Shown: positions 17,734-28,809 of the stretch, in pieces
Layout: each line of letters begins with the position of its first letter
Position numbering within the stretch: position 1 is the stretch's first letter
Source: Polyangiaceae bacterium
GTDB taxonomy: Bacteria; Myxococcota_A; Polyangia; Polyangiales; Polyangiaceae
DNA length: 64,000 nucleotides
Assembly: GCA_033763455.1 (NCBI GenBank)
Contig: JANRKO010000023.1
Span: 334,689-398,688, forward strand
Direction of reading: 5' to 3'
Notes under the pieces: model-generated
Seen by the model: only the letters and a program-made list of their open reading frames with translations
Told to the model about the DNA's origin: nothing
Database searches by the model: none
Program-made: the position numbers and the translations under genes

Positions 17734-19045
17734 CTGGCGCTTTCCAACCGAGGCGAGCCAATTCACCGGGTTCGCCCTTCACGCGAAATACCACGGCATC
17801 CTCTTCATAGCGTTCTTCCAACACTACGCACGATTCGTAGATATCTCCACGCCGCTGTTGTTGATCGTAAGGAACACGCAGTTCGGCCTCCACCAAGCTT
17901 CGCGCAAAAGTATCGATGATGGTTTGCCGCAGGCGTGCCACATCTTCAGGGCGACGCGCCGACATCACGATGGCCTCGGGGTACTGCGCCAACAGTCTCC
18001 TCTGCACACCCTCCTCCTCTTCGGCGCCTACTTTGTCGAGCTTGTTGAATACCAAGATCTTCGGCACCGCTCCCGCCCCAATTTCGGCAAGCACTTCCAC
18101 CGTAACGTCGAGTTGCCGCGCAAACCCAGGGTCCGAAGCGTCGACCACGTGCAGCAACAACGAAGCCTCAGTGGCTTCATCCAGCGTGGTCTTGAAGGAG
18201 GCAACCAGACCGTGGGGCAAGTGGTTGATGAACCCCACAGTGTCCGAAAGTAAGATTTTTGGCTTGGTTTCTGGGTGGAGCGCCCGAACAGTGGTGTCCA
18301 AGGTCGCGAATAATTTGTCCGCAACATAGACCTCGCTCCCCGTGAGACTGCGCATTAGTGTGGATTTTCCTGCATTCGTGTAGCCCACCAGCGCCACGCG
18401 ATTCATTGCTTGGCGCCGAGCTCGTTGCGTACGGTGTTCTTGCTCAAGCCCTGCCAACTCCTGCGTTAACTCCGCAATGCGATCGCGGATCTTTCGCCGA
18501 TCCAACTCAACGCCGGATTCGCCGGCACCCTTGGCACCTATTCCACCCCGTGCGCGATCAGTGCCCTTGCTCAAGGCGCGTAAGCGGGGCGCCATGTATT
18601 CAAGCCGCACAATTTCCACCTGGGCTTTGGCCGCACGCGATCGGGCGTGTCGGTGAAAGATCTCCAAGATAACGGCCGTTCGATCCATCACGCGAGCTCC
18701 CGTGGCCTTTTCCACGTGATCAGCCTGAGAGGGAGACACCTCGTGATCCAGAAGAACAAGCCCTGCGTGGTGATCCTCAACCGCTTGTTTGAGCTCGGCT
18801 AGCTTTCCGCTACCGATATAGGTTCCAGGGTGAAAGCCCTCGCGGTTCTGCGTGATGGTCTCAGCTACGCGCAGGCCCAACGTGTGCGCGAGGCGCCCAA
18901 GCTCCGACACCGATTCTGTGAATTCGCTGTCGCTGACGTCTTGGGTCTTCACCGCTGCGAGCACAGCGATAGTTGGGTCGAGTTCAGGAACGCCTTCGAG
19001 CCCATCCGGGAAATCAAGCTCGGTTCTGAGGTCATTGGGGGGCAT
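17684..19045 (-). CDS. hflX: GTPase HflX
   Basis: IGSGKL, DRT.VILEIF..HA, LVGYTNAGKSTL, DKLFATLDTT, SDTVGFI, NKLD. The start codon is uncertain. Confidence 0.93.
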   Translation of the reverse strand: MPPNDLRTELDFPDGLEGVPELDPTIAVLAAVKTQDVSDSEFTESVSELGRLAHTLGLRVAETITQNREGFHPGTYIGSGKLAELKQAVEDHHAGLVLLDHEVSPSQADHVEKATGARVMDRTAVILEIFHRHARSRAAKAQVEIVRLEYMAPRLRALSKGTDRARGGIGAKGAGESGVELDRRKIRDRIAELTQELAGLEQEHRTQRARRQAMNRVALVGYTNAGKSTLMRSLTGSEVYVADKLFATLDTTVRALHPETKPKILLSDTVGFINHLPHGLVASFKTTLDEATEASLLLHVVDASDPGFARQLDVTVEVLAEIGAGAVPKILVFNKLDKVGAEEEEGVQRRLLAQYPEAIVMSARRPEDVARLRQTIIDTFARSLVEAELRVPYDQQQRRGDIYESCVVLEERYEEDAVVFRVKGEPGELARLGWKAPVTDPTEELEGSGSETH

Positions 19046-19216
19046 GCGGGCTCCATATAGCCCACGTCCGCCGGGGATTGGGGCTATCCGGCGCCCGGCC
19101 CCCCAATTGGCTGTGATTGACACCTCCAGCGCGCCAAAAACCGCTGCTATCCCCCCTCGTGATCGGAGTGTTATGTCTGCGCCGGAACTTCGACTCGAGC
19201 TCTCTGCTCGCTAACG

Positions 19217-19963
19217 TTACGGCAGCGGAGCGTTACCCCCGAGCTCCTTCCAAACCAGATTGGCCCAGGTGTAACTCGCCCCGAAAGTTGGATGCCGGCC
19301 GTCCCCCTGGCGCGCAAGCTTGAGCTTCTCAGAGTGAAAGAAGCCACAAGGTGCTACAGCCTCCGCCAACCCTTCCACGAAGCCGCTGCCTTTGGCCCAA
19401 GCCGGGGGCCCGATCCAAAGGCACGTGCGGCCTTCGAGCTTCTCAACGATCTTCTTGGCGGCGGCCAAGTGAAGAGCCAGGTCCTCTTTTACAAAAATCT
19501 CGTTGGAGCCCAGGGAGATCAGCACTAAATCCGGCGCCGTGGTGCGAAGAGCTTCGGTCAAGCGCACATCTTCTGCCCAACTCCGCGTAGTTGCGGATGC
19601 AATGCTGATTTGTTCGTAGGTTCCGTGCATAGCCGGCCGCAGGTAATTGGCAACCAGTGGCACCATCGAGTCGCCAAAGTGGAGCACGCGCGTGGCCTTG
19701 TAGGCATTCGCGAGTGAAAGGGTGTCCTTGTTAGCGCTTCTGGCAATGCGCCCTGTTTTCGCGGCGGGCGCTAATGTAGTGCTGGGCGTCACGGAAGGGA
19801 CCGGAGTCGCGGCAACCTGCGCGGCGGCCGCAACACCTGCGTCCTCGGCCGCGGTATTCGCCGGTGAAGAGGCGTCAGTCGAGTGGCACGCGACTACCAG
19901 TAGATACGATGGAAAGACACACCAAACAGGCCACATTCGCCAAGCTGAAGAGGAAGGACGCAT
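19217..19963 (-). CDS. SGNH/GDSL-like hydrolase lipoprotein
   Basis: VVAC lipobox-like segment, HFGDSM (block I), LGSNE (block III), DGRHP (block V). The start codon is uncertain. Confidence 0.65.
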   Translation of the reverse strand: MRPSSSAWRMWPVWCVFPSYLLVVACHSTDASSPANTAAEDAGVAAAAQVAATPVPSVTPSTTLAPAAKTGRIARSANKDTLSLANAYKATRVLHFGDSMVPLVANYLRPAMHGTYEQISIASATTRSWAEDVRLTEALRTTAPDLVLISLGSNEIFVKEDLALHLAAAKKIVEKLEGRTCLWIGPPAWAKGSGFVEGLAEAVAPCGFFHSEKLKLARQGDGRHPTFGASYTWANLVWKELGGNAPLP

Positions 19964-20212
19964 TGGCCCGGCCCAGTACCAGAAAATCCGCGGGAGGTGG
20001 CACGTCCTCCGCCAAACAACGTCACATAGACACCTGTGCAGCAACGTTGGGACACTTCTATGACGCCAGCCTATGAATGCTCAGGTAGTCCACTGTGGCA
20101 CCTCGTGTGCCTCGACAGCCGTGGCGGCTACCGGTACAGTTTGGTGCGTTGGCCGAATTTGCTTGGCCCCGTTTTGTGAAGCAGCGCCGTGCCGTTTGGG
20201 TAGGGTGATGGA

Positions 20213-21727
20213 ATGAGTTTGGAACTCCGCGAGGGCCTTTTTGTGGCCGACAGATTTCGCCTCGAGCGTGAGCTTGGCCGCGGAGGTATGGGCTCAGTTT
20301 GGCTCGCTCGCCACACAGGCTTAGACATCTTGTGCGCCATCAAATTCATCGACCAACAGGGGCGCGATAGCGCTGAGCTCCGGGGGCGGTTCGAGCGCGA
20401 GGCTAAGTCGGCCGCGCAATTGAAGAGCCCGAATGTTGTGCAGATCTTAGATTATGGCGTTTGGGAAGAACATCCTTACATCGCCATGGAGTACCTGGAG
20501 GGAGAGGACCTCGCGGCACGGTTGGATAGCGCGTGGGTGCTCGATGCAGAGCAAACGTGCAGGATTATCGCGCAGGTGAGTAAGGCGCTTACGAAGGCCC
20601 ACGCTGCCGGCATCGTGCATCGAGATCTGAAGCCTGAGAACATCTTCCTCGTACCGGATGGAGATGAAGAAATCGCCAAGGTGTTGGATTTTGGCATCGC
20701 CAAGAGTTCCGGTATGGTCATGGCAGACGCTGGCACGAAAACGGGCTCGCTCTTGGGCACACCGTTTTACATGAGCCCCGAACAGGCGCGCGGAGTAAAA
20801 GCCATCGATCATCGCTCTGATCTTTGGTCCCTGGCCGTAATTGCCTATCAGTGCGTCACGGGGCAACTCCCCTTTGAAAGTGAAGGCTTGGGGGATGTTT
20901 TGGCCAAGATCATGTACGAGCCCCTTCCGGTGCCGTCGCACGCGAAGCCTGACATTCCCGCAGCCTTCGACGAATGGTGGCGGCGGGGCTCATCACGCAA
21001 GCCAGAGGAGCGGTTTCAAAGCGCCCGCGAGCTTTCAGATGAGCTCGCAATAGCGCTCGGAGTTTCCAAAGGGGGCGCGGTTGCAGCCATAGCGGTCGAT
21101 CGCAACAGCTTTTCCGAAATCCGAGGCAGCACTGCGGACTCAGACGCTGCACTCAGCCTGGGCGGCACCGTACGGGTGGAAGCGACTCCTTCGCTGCGCA
21201 CAGCTAGCTCTGCCCAGGGGCTCACTCTCGCGGGAGACACCGGGAGCCCCCTCACAACCACAATCAACGCTCCATTGGGTGCGGCTCGCAACAAGCGCCG
21301 CGCGTACGTTGCGGCCGGTCTGGCAGCCATGGGTCTGGTGCTTGGCGTCGTCGCACTCCTGCTTTTCAGCGGCAAGCCAGATACAGAAGCGGCCGAAAAC
21401 CGCGCCGTTGCCACTAGCCCTAAGGCAGCGAATGCCGTGAGTGCCAAGAGCGCCGAGGCTGAGCACACTCAGGCTAACGCCTCGCCTCCCCCCACCTCGG
21501 GTGAGGTCGAAAGCCCACCCCCGAGCGGAGCCCAAAAGCCGACTTGGCCCTCCACCCTCACCCGTTCAACGGGCGCAGGTGGCGTCAAAGCTGGGTTGGT
21601 AAGCCCGTCAGATAAGCCAAAGCCCACCGTGGCTAAGCCCACCCCAGAGAAGCGTACGCCTACCGCCCCACACCGACCCAAGGCGCCCGGCACCAAGCCC
21701 GGCAAGCCTGTCGACTTCGGAATTTGA
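20213..21727 (+). CDS. Membrane Ser/Thr protein kinase
   Basis: GRGGMGSV, AIK, HRDLKPEN, DFGIAK, GTPFYMSPEQ, DLWSL. One TM segment, Pro-rich tail ending DFGI. Confidence 0.95.
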   Translation: MSLELREGLFVADRFRLERELGRGGMGSVWLARHTGLDILCAIKFIDQQGRDSAELRGRFEREAKSAAQLKSPNVVQILDYGVWEEHPYIAMEYLEGEDLAARLDSAWVLDAEQTCRIIAQVSKALTKAHAAGIVHRDLKPENIFLVPDGDEEIAKVLDFGIAKSSGMVMADAGTKTGSLLGTPFYMSPEQARGVKAIDHRSDLWSLAVIAYQCVTGQLPFESEGLGDVLAKIMYEPLPVPSHAKPDIPAAFDEWWRRGSSRKPEERFQSARELSDELAIALGVSKGGAVAAIAVDRNSFSEIRGSTADSDAALSLGGTVRVEATPSLRTASSAQGLTLAGDTGSPLTTTINAPLGAARNKRRAYVAAGLAAMGLVLGVVALLLFSGKPDTEAAENRAVATSPKAANAVSAKSAEAEHTQANASPPPTSGEVESPPPSGAQKPTWPSTLTRSTGAGGVKAGLVSPSDKPKPTVAKPTPEKRTPTAPHRPKAPGTKPGKPVDFGI

Positions 21728-21731
21728 TCTC

Positions 21732-22766
21732 ATGCTGCCTCCCTCCATGCTTTGCAAAACCCGTTTCACGTGCGCTGCCGTCGCTCTAAGTTTGATGCTC
21801 TCCTGGGAACATCCGGCGTACGCGCAGTCCGCCGCAGATAGAACCACGGCTCGCTCCTTGGCGCAGGAAGCGCAAACGGCGTTCGATCAGGGTGACTTTG
21901 CTACCGCTGAAGATCGCTTTGCACGCGCAGAGGGGTTGGTGCACGCGCCAACGTTGCTTCTTGCACTGGCCCGCTCACAGATGAAGCTCGGTAAACTGGT
22001 GCAAGCCTACGAGAACTACCAACGAGTGATCCGTGAACCTATCCCGGAGGGCGCACCAGACGTTTGGAAAGAAGCGCAGCGGCAAGCTCAGGGCGAATCA
22101 GACGCTGTTCAACCACGGCTTGGCTGGGTAACGATTATTGTGCGCGGCGCCAGCGATCCACGTGTCACCCTCGAGGACGGTACGATTGTTCCAAAGCCGG
22201 CGCTGGGCGTAAAACGCGCCGTAAATCCAGGTAGCCACCAGATAACGGCAAGCGCACCCGGGTTTCGCAGCGAGAAAACCGAATTTCAGATCGGAGAAGG
22301 CCAGGCTATCGCCGTCACGATAGCGCTTGAAGTTGATCCGAATGCTCCCAGGCCGTCGGGCCCCTCTGGGATTTCCAACACCACGTGGCAGGCCGCAGCG
22401 GCCGATCCAGGGGCAGATGGGCCGAGTGGCTCGCAGAAGACATGGGGTTATGTCGGGCTTGGCGTTGGGGGAGCTGGGCTGATCTTTGGCGGAGTCACCG
22501 GAGCCCTCGCAATGAGTCGCCACAGTGCGCTCGAAACAAAGTGTCCAGGGGGCACGTGTCCGCCGAGTGAGGAGTCCGCACTCGAAAGCTACCGCAGCAT
22601 GGGTACGCTCTCGACGGTCGGCTTCGTTGTGGGTGGGCTCGGGACAGCGGCCGGCCTCACCCTGCTGCTCACAGCTCCGGAAGCCCCGGAACCTGGCGGG
22701 GTGGCGCACCTTTCAATGCGATTGCACGCTGGTTTTGGGAGCATGAGCCTCGAAGGCTCCTTCTAG
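21732..22766 (+). CDS. TPR + PEGA-like exported protein
   Basis: Signal peptide, ARSLA..A...F..GD...A...F..A....APT TPR segment, VNPGSH.I.ASAPG, and C-terminal hydrophobic Gly-rich helices ending GSF. Confidence 0.75.
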   Translation: MLPPSMLCKTRFTCAAVALSLMLSWEHPAYAQSAADRTTARSLAQEAQTAFDQGDFATAEDRFARAEGLVHAPTLLLALARSQMKLGKLVQAYENYQRVIREPIPEGAPDVWKEAQRQAQGESDAVQPRLGWVTIIVRGASDPRVTLEDGTIVPKPALGVKRAVNPGSHQITASAPGFRSEKTEFQIGEGQAIAVTIALEVDPNAPRPSGPSGISNTTWQAAAADPGADGPSGSQKTWGYVGLGVGGAGLIFGGVTGALAMSRHSALETKCPGGTCPPSEESALESYRSMGTLSTVGFVVGGLGTAAGLTLLLTAPEAPEPGGVAHLSMRLHAGFGSMSLEGSF

Positions 22767-22891
22767 ATTTTGCCTCGCGCCAATTCGGGCAAAAGATAGC
22801 CTAAAATCTGCCGTTTTGCGCCCATAGCCTCGGAAATAGGCCACTGTGCCTTAGGGGAACAGGCGCGTGTCCGTAGTCCCTAAAGAGCTGC

Positions 22892-24256
22892 ATGAAGGCG
22901 CACTTTATCTGGGTTCTACCTGCGGCAATGCTGCTGGGTTCGAGCGCGTGCACGAGCCTCTTGGGTGATGATTTTACCGTCACCTCGACCCCCGTCGTAA
23001 ATTGTGCGGAAGATCCTACCGCTTGCATCAACGATCACGGTACCACGCAGTGTGTTGCCGGCGCTTGCACCCCCGTCTGTGCTGCAGGTTATGAAACCTG
23101 TGACAACAACCCGGCCAACGGTTGTGAAACCGAACTCAAGAGCGACGTCAATCATTGCGGCAACTGCAATCAGCGCTGCGTGGGCGCCCACGCCAACATG
23201 GTGTGCCAAAGCTTCAAGTGCGAACTTGTAAGTTGTGAACCTGGCTGGGCAGATTGCAATGCCGATCCGGCCGACGGCTGCGAAGTCAACGTGAGTGCGG
23301 ACAAGAACAACTGCGGCGCTTGCGGCAATATCTGTGAAAACACCCACGGGCAAACCAATTGCGTCGCCAATCAATGCGTACCCAGCTGCACCTTCGGGTT
23401 TTCGGATTGCGACGGAACCCCTTCAAACGGCTGCGAGACAGACACCAACCTGAGCCCCGCTCACTGCGGAAAATGTGGGAACGCCGTTAACCCCGATCAA
23501 ACATGCAGCGGCGGCCAGTCAGTATTGGCCAGCCTGTGCCCCAGCACTAACCGTGACTGCAACAAAGACCTCGTATCAGACGGTTGTGAAGTGAATGTGC
23601 AGGCTGATGCGCTCCACTGCGGCGCGTGCGACGTGCAATGCAAGTCCGGCGAGTTCTGCGGGCTCGCAACGTGTAAGAGTTGCGTATTTCTGAGTGAAGA
23701 TTTTCAGAGCGCGACGTCGGGGTGGCAAGTAGAGGGCCCTTGGGAAATTGCTGGTGCCAAGGCGGGCGGTGGAGGCCCGTGCACTGCAGCGTCAACTCCC
23801 TGTGGCGACCCTGATCCCGCCATGGATCACTCAACAAGTGCGGACAACGGGGTCGCTGGGGTCGTAATCGGCGGCAACTACACGACGGCGAGCCCTGGCC
23901 CCTACTACCTCACGAGCCCGAGCATGGATCTGCGTGGCTCAGGCGGGGCTACGTTGAGCTTCTGGCGCTGGCTAAATAGTGATGCCGCGCCATTCATTAT
24001 CAACTCCGTGGAGGCTTTCGACGGCGACGCCTGGAAGGTGGTTTGGTCCTCGCCCACCGGAACAACCACGCAGTTTGTCGCCACCGAATGGACCCGTTTT
24101 GAGTACGATTTGACGCCCTTTCGCAACTCAGACGACGCCAAGAACGCGAGCTTCCGAGTGCGGTTTGGCTTCGCAGTCGGCCGCGCGGGTGCGTACATCA
24201 AGAGCGGCTGGAGCCTCGATGATGTGTTGATCCGGAAGACAGAGTGCGGTCCTTGA
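22892..24256 (+). CDS. Cys-rich repeat lipoprotein with C-terminal beta-sandwich (MAM-like) domain
   Basis: SSAC lipobox, four CDxxxx(N/D)GCExxxxxDxx(H/N)CGxC repeats, YLTSP.MDL...LSFWRWL..FRVRF..GWSLDDV. Confidence 0.75.
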   Translation: MKAHFIWVLPAAMLLGSSACTSLLGDDFTVTSTPVVNCAEDPTACINDHGTTQCVAGACTPVCAAGYETCDNNPANGCETELKSDVNHCGNCNQRCVGAHANMVCQSFKCELVSCEPGWADCNADPADGCEVNVSADKNNCGACGNICENTHGQTNCVANQCVPSCTFGFSDCDGTPSNGCETDTNLSPAHCGKCGNAVNPDQTCSGGQSVLASLCPSTNRDCNKDLVSDGCEVNVQADALHCGACDVQCKSGEFCGLATCKSCVFLSEDFQSATSGWQVEGPWEIAGAKAGGGGPCTAASTPCGDPDPAMDHSTSADNGVAGVVIGGNYTTASPGPYYLTSPSMDLRGSGGATLSFWRWLNSDAAPFIINSVEAFDGDAWKVVWSSPTGTTTQFVATEWTRFEYDLTPFRNSDDAKNASFRVRFGFAVGRAGAYIKSGWSLDDVLIRKTECGP

Positions 24257-24318
24257 CCGTAAAGCTCAGTGAGTGGCTCGACTTCTCAATCAGTTGGGTC
24301 TCCCGTACACTCGCGTGA

Positions 24319-25137
24319 ATGAGCCTACGCGGAAAGACCTTATTCATCACCGGCGGGACCCGAGGTATCGGCTTGGCAATAGCCGAACGAGCCGCTCGTG
24401 ACGGCGCCAACGTTACGATTGCGGCCAAAACTAGTGCTCCCCATCCAAAGCTTGAAGGTACGGTATTTTCTGCAGCCGAACGCATCGAACAGTGCGGCGG
24501 ACAGGCGCTTGCATGCGTGTGCGATATTCGCTTCGAGGACCAAATCGAAGCGGCGGTAAGCGCTACCGTAAAACGCTTTGGCGGCATCGATATTCTCGTC
24601 AACAATGCCAGCGCCATCAGCCTAACTCCAACCGTGCAGACGGATGCCAAACGTTACGACTTGATGCACCAAATCAACGCGCGCGGCACGTTCATGGCTT
24701 CTAAGGCCTGCATCCCCCACCTGCGCGTTGCGAGCAACCCGCATATCCTCAACCTCTCTCCCCCGCTCACCCTCAAGCCCGAATTCTTCGCGCCTCACGT
24801 GGCGTACACGGTGGCCAAATTCAACATGAGCCTGTTCGCCTTCGGGATGGCAGAAGAGCTACGCCATGACGGCATTGCGGTGAATTGCCTCTGGCCGGCC
24901 AGTGTGATCGCGACCTCCGCGCTCCAGAATTTGCCCAACGGCCAGAGCCTCGCAGCTCACGCGCGTCGCCCAGAAATCATGGCAGACGCTGCTTACGAGA
25001 TTTTCAGGTCCCCCAGCCGCGAGCACACCGGCAATTTCCACATAGATGAGGCCTTGCTCCGGCAACGTGGCGTGACCAACTTCGACGCCTACGCCGTCAC
25101 ACCCGGGAGCTCGCTAGCGCCCGACCTCTTCATCTGA
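24319..25137 (+). CDS. SDR oxidoreductase (HSDL2-like)
   Basis: ITGGTRGIG, AAKT..PHPKLEGT, NNASAI, YTVAK. Confidence 0.9.
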   Translation: MSLRGKTLFITGGTRGIGLAIAERAARDGANVTIAAKTSAPHPKLEGTVFSAAERIEQCGGQALACVCDIRFEDQIEAAVSATVKRFGGIDILVNNASAISLTPTVQTDAKRYDLMHQINARGTFMASKACIPHLRVASNPHILNLSPPLTLKPEFFAPHVAYTVAKFNMSLFAFGMAEELRHDGIAVNCLWPASVIATSALQNLPNGQSLAAHARRPEIMADAAYEIFRSPSREHTGNFHIDEALLRQRGVTNFDAYAVTPGSSLAPDLFI

Positions 25138-25227
25138 CGGAAACGCGCCAGCACTAACAAGCTAACCCAGGCTTGAGCTACGCTCCCCCGTAGGCCATCC
25201 CACCGACAGCTCCCTCTAAGGTCCGCC

Positions 25228-27579
25228 ATGCCCCACGTCACGATTCCATCCGAAACCTTAAATGTTCTGGACGCCTATTGGCGTGCCGCCAACTACCTTT
25301 CCGTTGGGCAGATCTATCTTAAAGACAATCCGCTTCTGCGAGAGCCGCTGCGCACGGAACACATCAAGAAGCGCCTGCTGGGCCACTGGGGCACCACTCC
25401 CGGGCTCAACTTCATTTGGGCCCATCTCAATCGCTTGATCGTCGAGCGCGATCTCAACTTGCTCTATGTGTGCGGCCCCGGTCACGGCGGGCCAGGCGCT
25501 GTTGCCAACGCGTACTTGGAAGGTACCTATTCAGAGGTCTACCCCGACATTTCTCTGGATGCGGCCGGCATTGCGCGGCTCTTTAAGCAATTCTCGTTTC
25601 CAGGCGGCATTCCGAGCCACGTCGCACCTGAAACTCCTGGTTCTCTTCACGAAGGTGGCGAGCTCGGCTACGCGCTCTCGCATGCCTTTGGTGCGGCTTT
25701 TGATAATCCGAACCTTGTAGTGGCGTGTATCATCGGGGACGGCGAGGCTGAAACGGGGCCACTCGCAACCAGTTGGCATTCGAACAAATTCCTGCACCCG
25801 GCGCGGGATGGCGTGGTGTTACCTATCTTGCATCTCAATGGCTACAAGATCGCGGGGCCGACCGTGTTGGCTCGCATTCCGCATGAAGAGCTGCACTCGC
25901 TGCTTTCAGGTTACGGGTACGAGCCTTTCTTTGTGGAAGGCCATGATCCACAAGCTATGCACCAGCTGATGGCATCTACTCTAGATACCATCTTTGAAAA
26001 GCTGCACGCTATCCGAGAAAAAGCGCTCGCAGAAGCCGTGCCGACTCGGCCGAAGTGGCCCATGATAGTGCTTCGGAGCCCCAAAGGCTGGACAGGCCCT
26101 AAACACGCGGATGGCCGGGAGATCGAAGGCACTTCGCATTCCCACCAAGTGCCGTTCTCCGACATGGATAAGCCGGAGCATGTAGCGCTGCTCGAAACGT
26201 GGCTAAAGAGTTATCGGCCGGAGGAGCTTTTCCTCGAATCCGGGCGACCAAAGCCGGAAATCCTTGGCTTTGCTCCGCGAGGCACCCGGCGCATGAGCGC
26301 CAACCCGCATACAAATGGCGGCCAACTGCTGGAAGAGCTCACTCTGCCAGATTTCCGCAACTACGGCGTTTCTGTTTCTCACCCTGGCGCCCATGATGCT
26401 GAATCCACGCGCATTCAAGGAGCCTTCATTCGGGATATCATTTCCGCCAACCCAGCCAACTTTCGGGTATTTAGCCCCGATGAAACAGCCTCGAACCGAT
26501 GGAACCCGGTGTTCGAGGTAACGAACCGGGTTTCAATGGCTGCCATCCAATCCAACGATGAAGGGTTAGCCGCCGTTGGGCGGGTGATGGAAATGCTAAG
26601 TGAGCACCAGTGCCAAGGCTGGCTTGAGGGATACTTGCTCACCGGGCGACACGGTTTTTTGTCGTGCTACGAGGCCTTTATCCACATCATTGATTCAATG
26701 TTCAATCAGCACGCTAAGTGGCTGAAGGTAACGAACCACATTCCTTGGCGAAAGCCCATAGCGTCGCTCAACTACCTGCTCACCTCACACGTGTGGCGCC
26801 AAGATCACAACGGCTTCAGTCATCAAGACCCAGGGTTCCTCGACCATGTAGTTAACAAGAAAGCGGAAGTAATCCGCGTCTACCTACCACCGGACGCAAA
26901 CACCTTACTATCAGTTACCGATCATTGCCTGCGCAGCAAGCAATACGTCAATGTTGTTGTCGCCGGCAAACAACCCGCCCCTCAGTGGCTTAACATCGAA
27001 GAAGCCACTCGCCACGCGCAAGCAGGCGTCAGCATTTGGACTTGGGCGAGCAACGATGCTGGGGGTGACCCAGATGTGGTGATAGCCAGCGCAGGCGACG
27101 TACCCACCTTAGAAGCGTTGGCGGCAACGTCGATTCTGCGGGAGCTCGCTCCCGAGCTTCGGATCCGGTTCGTGAATGTTATCGACCTCATGCGCCTTCA
27201 GCCCCAAGAAGAGCACCCGCATGGCCTAAGCTCAGCTGCTTTTGATGCCATTTTCACCAAAGATCGCCCGATAGTATTCGCCTTCCACGGTTACCCAACC
27301 CTCATCCACCGGCTGAGCTACCGGCGCACGAACCACGCGAACCTGCATGTGCGCGGCTACAAAGAAGAGGGCACCACCACAACTCCCTTCGACATGACCG
27401 TCTTGAACGATCTCGATCGCTTCCACCTTGTGATGGACGTTGCCAAGCGAGTCTCCTGCCTCGGCGAAAAACGCGAGACAATTATCCAGGCCATGGAGGC
27501 TCGCCTAAGTGCGCATCATGATTACATCCGGGAGCACGGAGAGGACATGCCGGAAGTCAAGGACTGGCGCTGGCGATGA
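25228..27579 (+). CDS. xfp: Phosphoketolase
   Basis: [65 protein letters not shown]. Confidence 0.96.
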   Translation: MPHVTIPSETLNVLDAYWRAANYLSVGQIYLKDNPLLREPLRTEHIKKRLLGHWGTTPGLNFIWAHLNRLIVERDLNLLYVCGPGHGGPGAVANAYLEGTYSEVYPDISLDAAGIARLFKQFSFPGGIPSHVAPETPGSLHEGGELGYALSHAFGAAFDNPNLVVACIIGDGEAETGPLATSWHSNKFLHPARDGVVLPILHLNGYKIAGPTVLARIPHEELHSLLSGYGYEPFFVEGHDPQAMHQLMASTLDTIFEKLHAIREKALAEAVPTRPKWPMIVLRSPKGWTGPKHADGREIEGTSHSHQVPFSDMDKPEHVALLETWLKSYRPEELFLESGRPKPEILGFAPRGTRRMSANPHTNGGQLLEELTLPDFRNYGVSVSHPGAHDAESTRIQGAFIRDIISANPANFRVFSPDETASNRWNPVFEVTNRVSMAAIQSNDEGLAAVGRVMEMLSEHQCQGWLEGYLLTGRHGFLSCYEAFIHIIDSMFNQHAKWLKVTNHIPWRKPIASLNYLLTSHVWRQDHNGFSHQDPGFLDHVVNKKAEVIRVYLPPDANTLLSVTDHCLRSKQYVNVVVAGKQPAPQWLNIEEATRHAQAGVSIWTWASNDAGGDPDVVIASAGDVPTLEALAATSILRELAPELRIRFVNVIDLMRLQPQEEHPHGLSSAAFDAIFTKDRPIVFAFHGYPTLIHRLSYRRTNHANLHVRGYKEEGTTTTPFDMTVLNDLDRFHLVMDVAKRVSCLGEKRETIIQAMEARLSAHHDYIREHGEDMPEVKDWRWR

Positions 27580-27604
27580 GGCCCCACGTGCAGTGAGAAT
27601 CGGC

Positions 27605-28795
27605 ATGGACGGAGGCGCACAATCCCACTGTACCCAATTGCTGGTGCTCAATTGTGGCTCCAGCAGCCTAAAGTGGTCAGTAATCAACACCGTTAGCGAA
27701 GCGACGCTGGGGAGCGGCACGCTGGAAACGTCTTCGATTACCGCCGCGGCGCTTCCCCAATTGTTGGAAAATGCGCCAAATTTCGACTCGATAGCGCATC
27801 GAATCGTCCACGGAGGCTCATCCTTCACACATGCGGCCCGCGTAGATCCAAGAGTACGGGCTACGTTGCAGGAGCTCACCTCGCTTGCTCCACTGCACAT
27901 GAAGCCGGCGCTCGATGTCTTGGATGCTTGCGCCGCGGCTTTTCCCAACACACCCCAGTATGCGGCATTCGATACGGCGTTTCACCGGAGTATTCCTGAA
28001 AGCCGTCGGCAATACGCCTTGCCTCTGGAGTGGCGGCAGCGATGGCAACTGCAGCGTTTCGGATTTCACGGTCTGAGCGTTGAGTATTGCGTCTCGCGGC
28101 TCCGCGAACTCTTGGGAGCCTTGCCCGCTCGCCTCTTGGTGTGCCACCTCGGCAGCGGCTGCTCGATCACGGCCGTCAAAGACGGCAAATCTTTCGATAC
28201 CACGATGGGGTTCACGCCGCTTGAGGGGCCGCTCATGGCAACACGTTCGGGCTCCATCGATCCCGGGTTGCTGCTCCACCTCTTGCAGCAGGGCCTTTCG
28301 GTGGCGGAGTTGGCGAACGGTCTTCTGCATCGTTCTGGCATCGCGGGGCTCGCGTGCAACGATGGGGATCTGCGCGAAGTTTTGGCCGGTGTGGACTCAG
28401 GCTCCACTATTGCCAGGCTCGCCTACGAAACCTTCACCGTGTCCCTCCAACGCTCCGTTGGCGCAATGCTTGCGAGCATGAACGGTGTGGATGCGCTCGT
28501 CTTCACTGGAGGAATGGGTGAGAACAGCGCGCGACTACGGGCGGATATTGTCGCTGGGTTGGCCTTCGCCGACATTGCGCTCGATGTTGTTGCGAACGCG
28601 GAAGCACGCGCGGCCGTTGCGGCAAGCGCTGAGGCAAACGGGGGCGTGGGAGGAGACATCAGAATTTCGACCCTCACCAGCAGAGTCTCAGTATTTCGCA
28701 TCCACACACGGGAAGATCTGGCCATCCTTCGAAATACCGTCGGCTCACCCGAGGTCGCTTGGAAGCAGGCACTCCTCACGGAAGGCGGACCTTAG
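27605..28795 (+). CDS. ackA: Acetate kinase
   Basis: LVLNCGSSSLK, HRIVHGG, APLH, FDTAFH, GFHGLS, HLGSGCS, DTTMGFTPLEG, FTGGMGENS. Confidence 0.93.
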   Translation: MDGGAQSHCTQLLVLNCGSSSLKWSVINTVSEATLGSGTLETSSITAAALPQLLENAPNFDSIAHRIVHGGSSFTHAARVDPRVRATLQELTSLAPLHMKPALDVLDACAAAFPNTPQYAAFDTAFHRSIPESRRQYALPLEWRQRWQLQRFGFHGLSVEYCVSRLRELLGALPARLLVCHLGSGCSITAVKDGKSFDTTMGFTPLEGPLMATRSGSIDPGLLLHLLQQGLSVAELANGLLHRSGIAGLACNDGDLREVLAGVDSGSTIARLAYETFTVSLQRSVGAMLASMNGVDALVFTGGMGENSARLRADIVAGLAFADIALDVVANAEARAAVAASAEANGGVGGDIRISTLTSRVSVFRIHTREDLAILRNTVGSPEVAWKQALLTEGGP

Positions 28796-28809
28796 CTAGC
28801 AAGCCAGGT

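Noticed and set aside
22768..22796. TTTTGCC...GGCAAAA inverted repeat after the TPR/PEGA gene as a terminator
   Set aside because: Large loop and no following U-tract on the coding strand.
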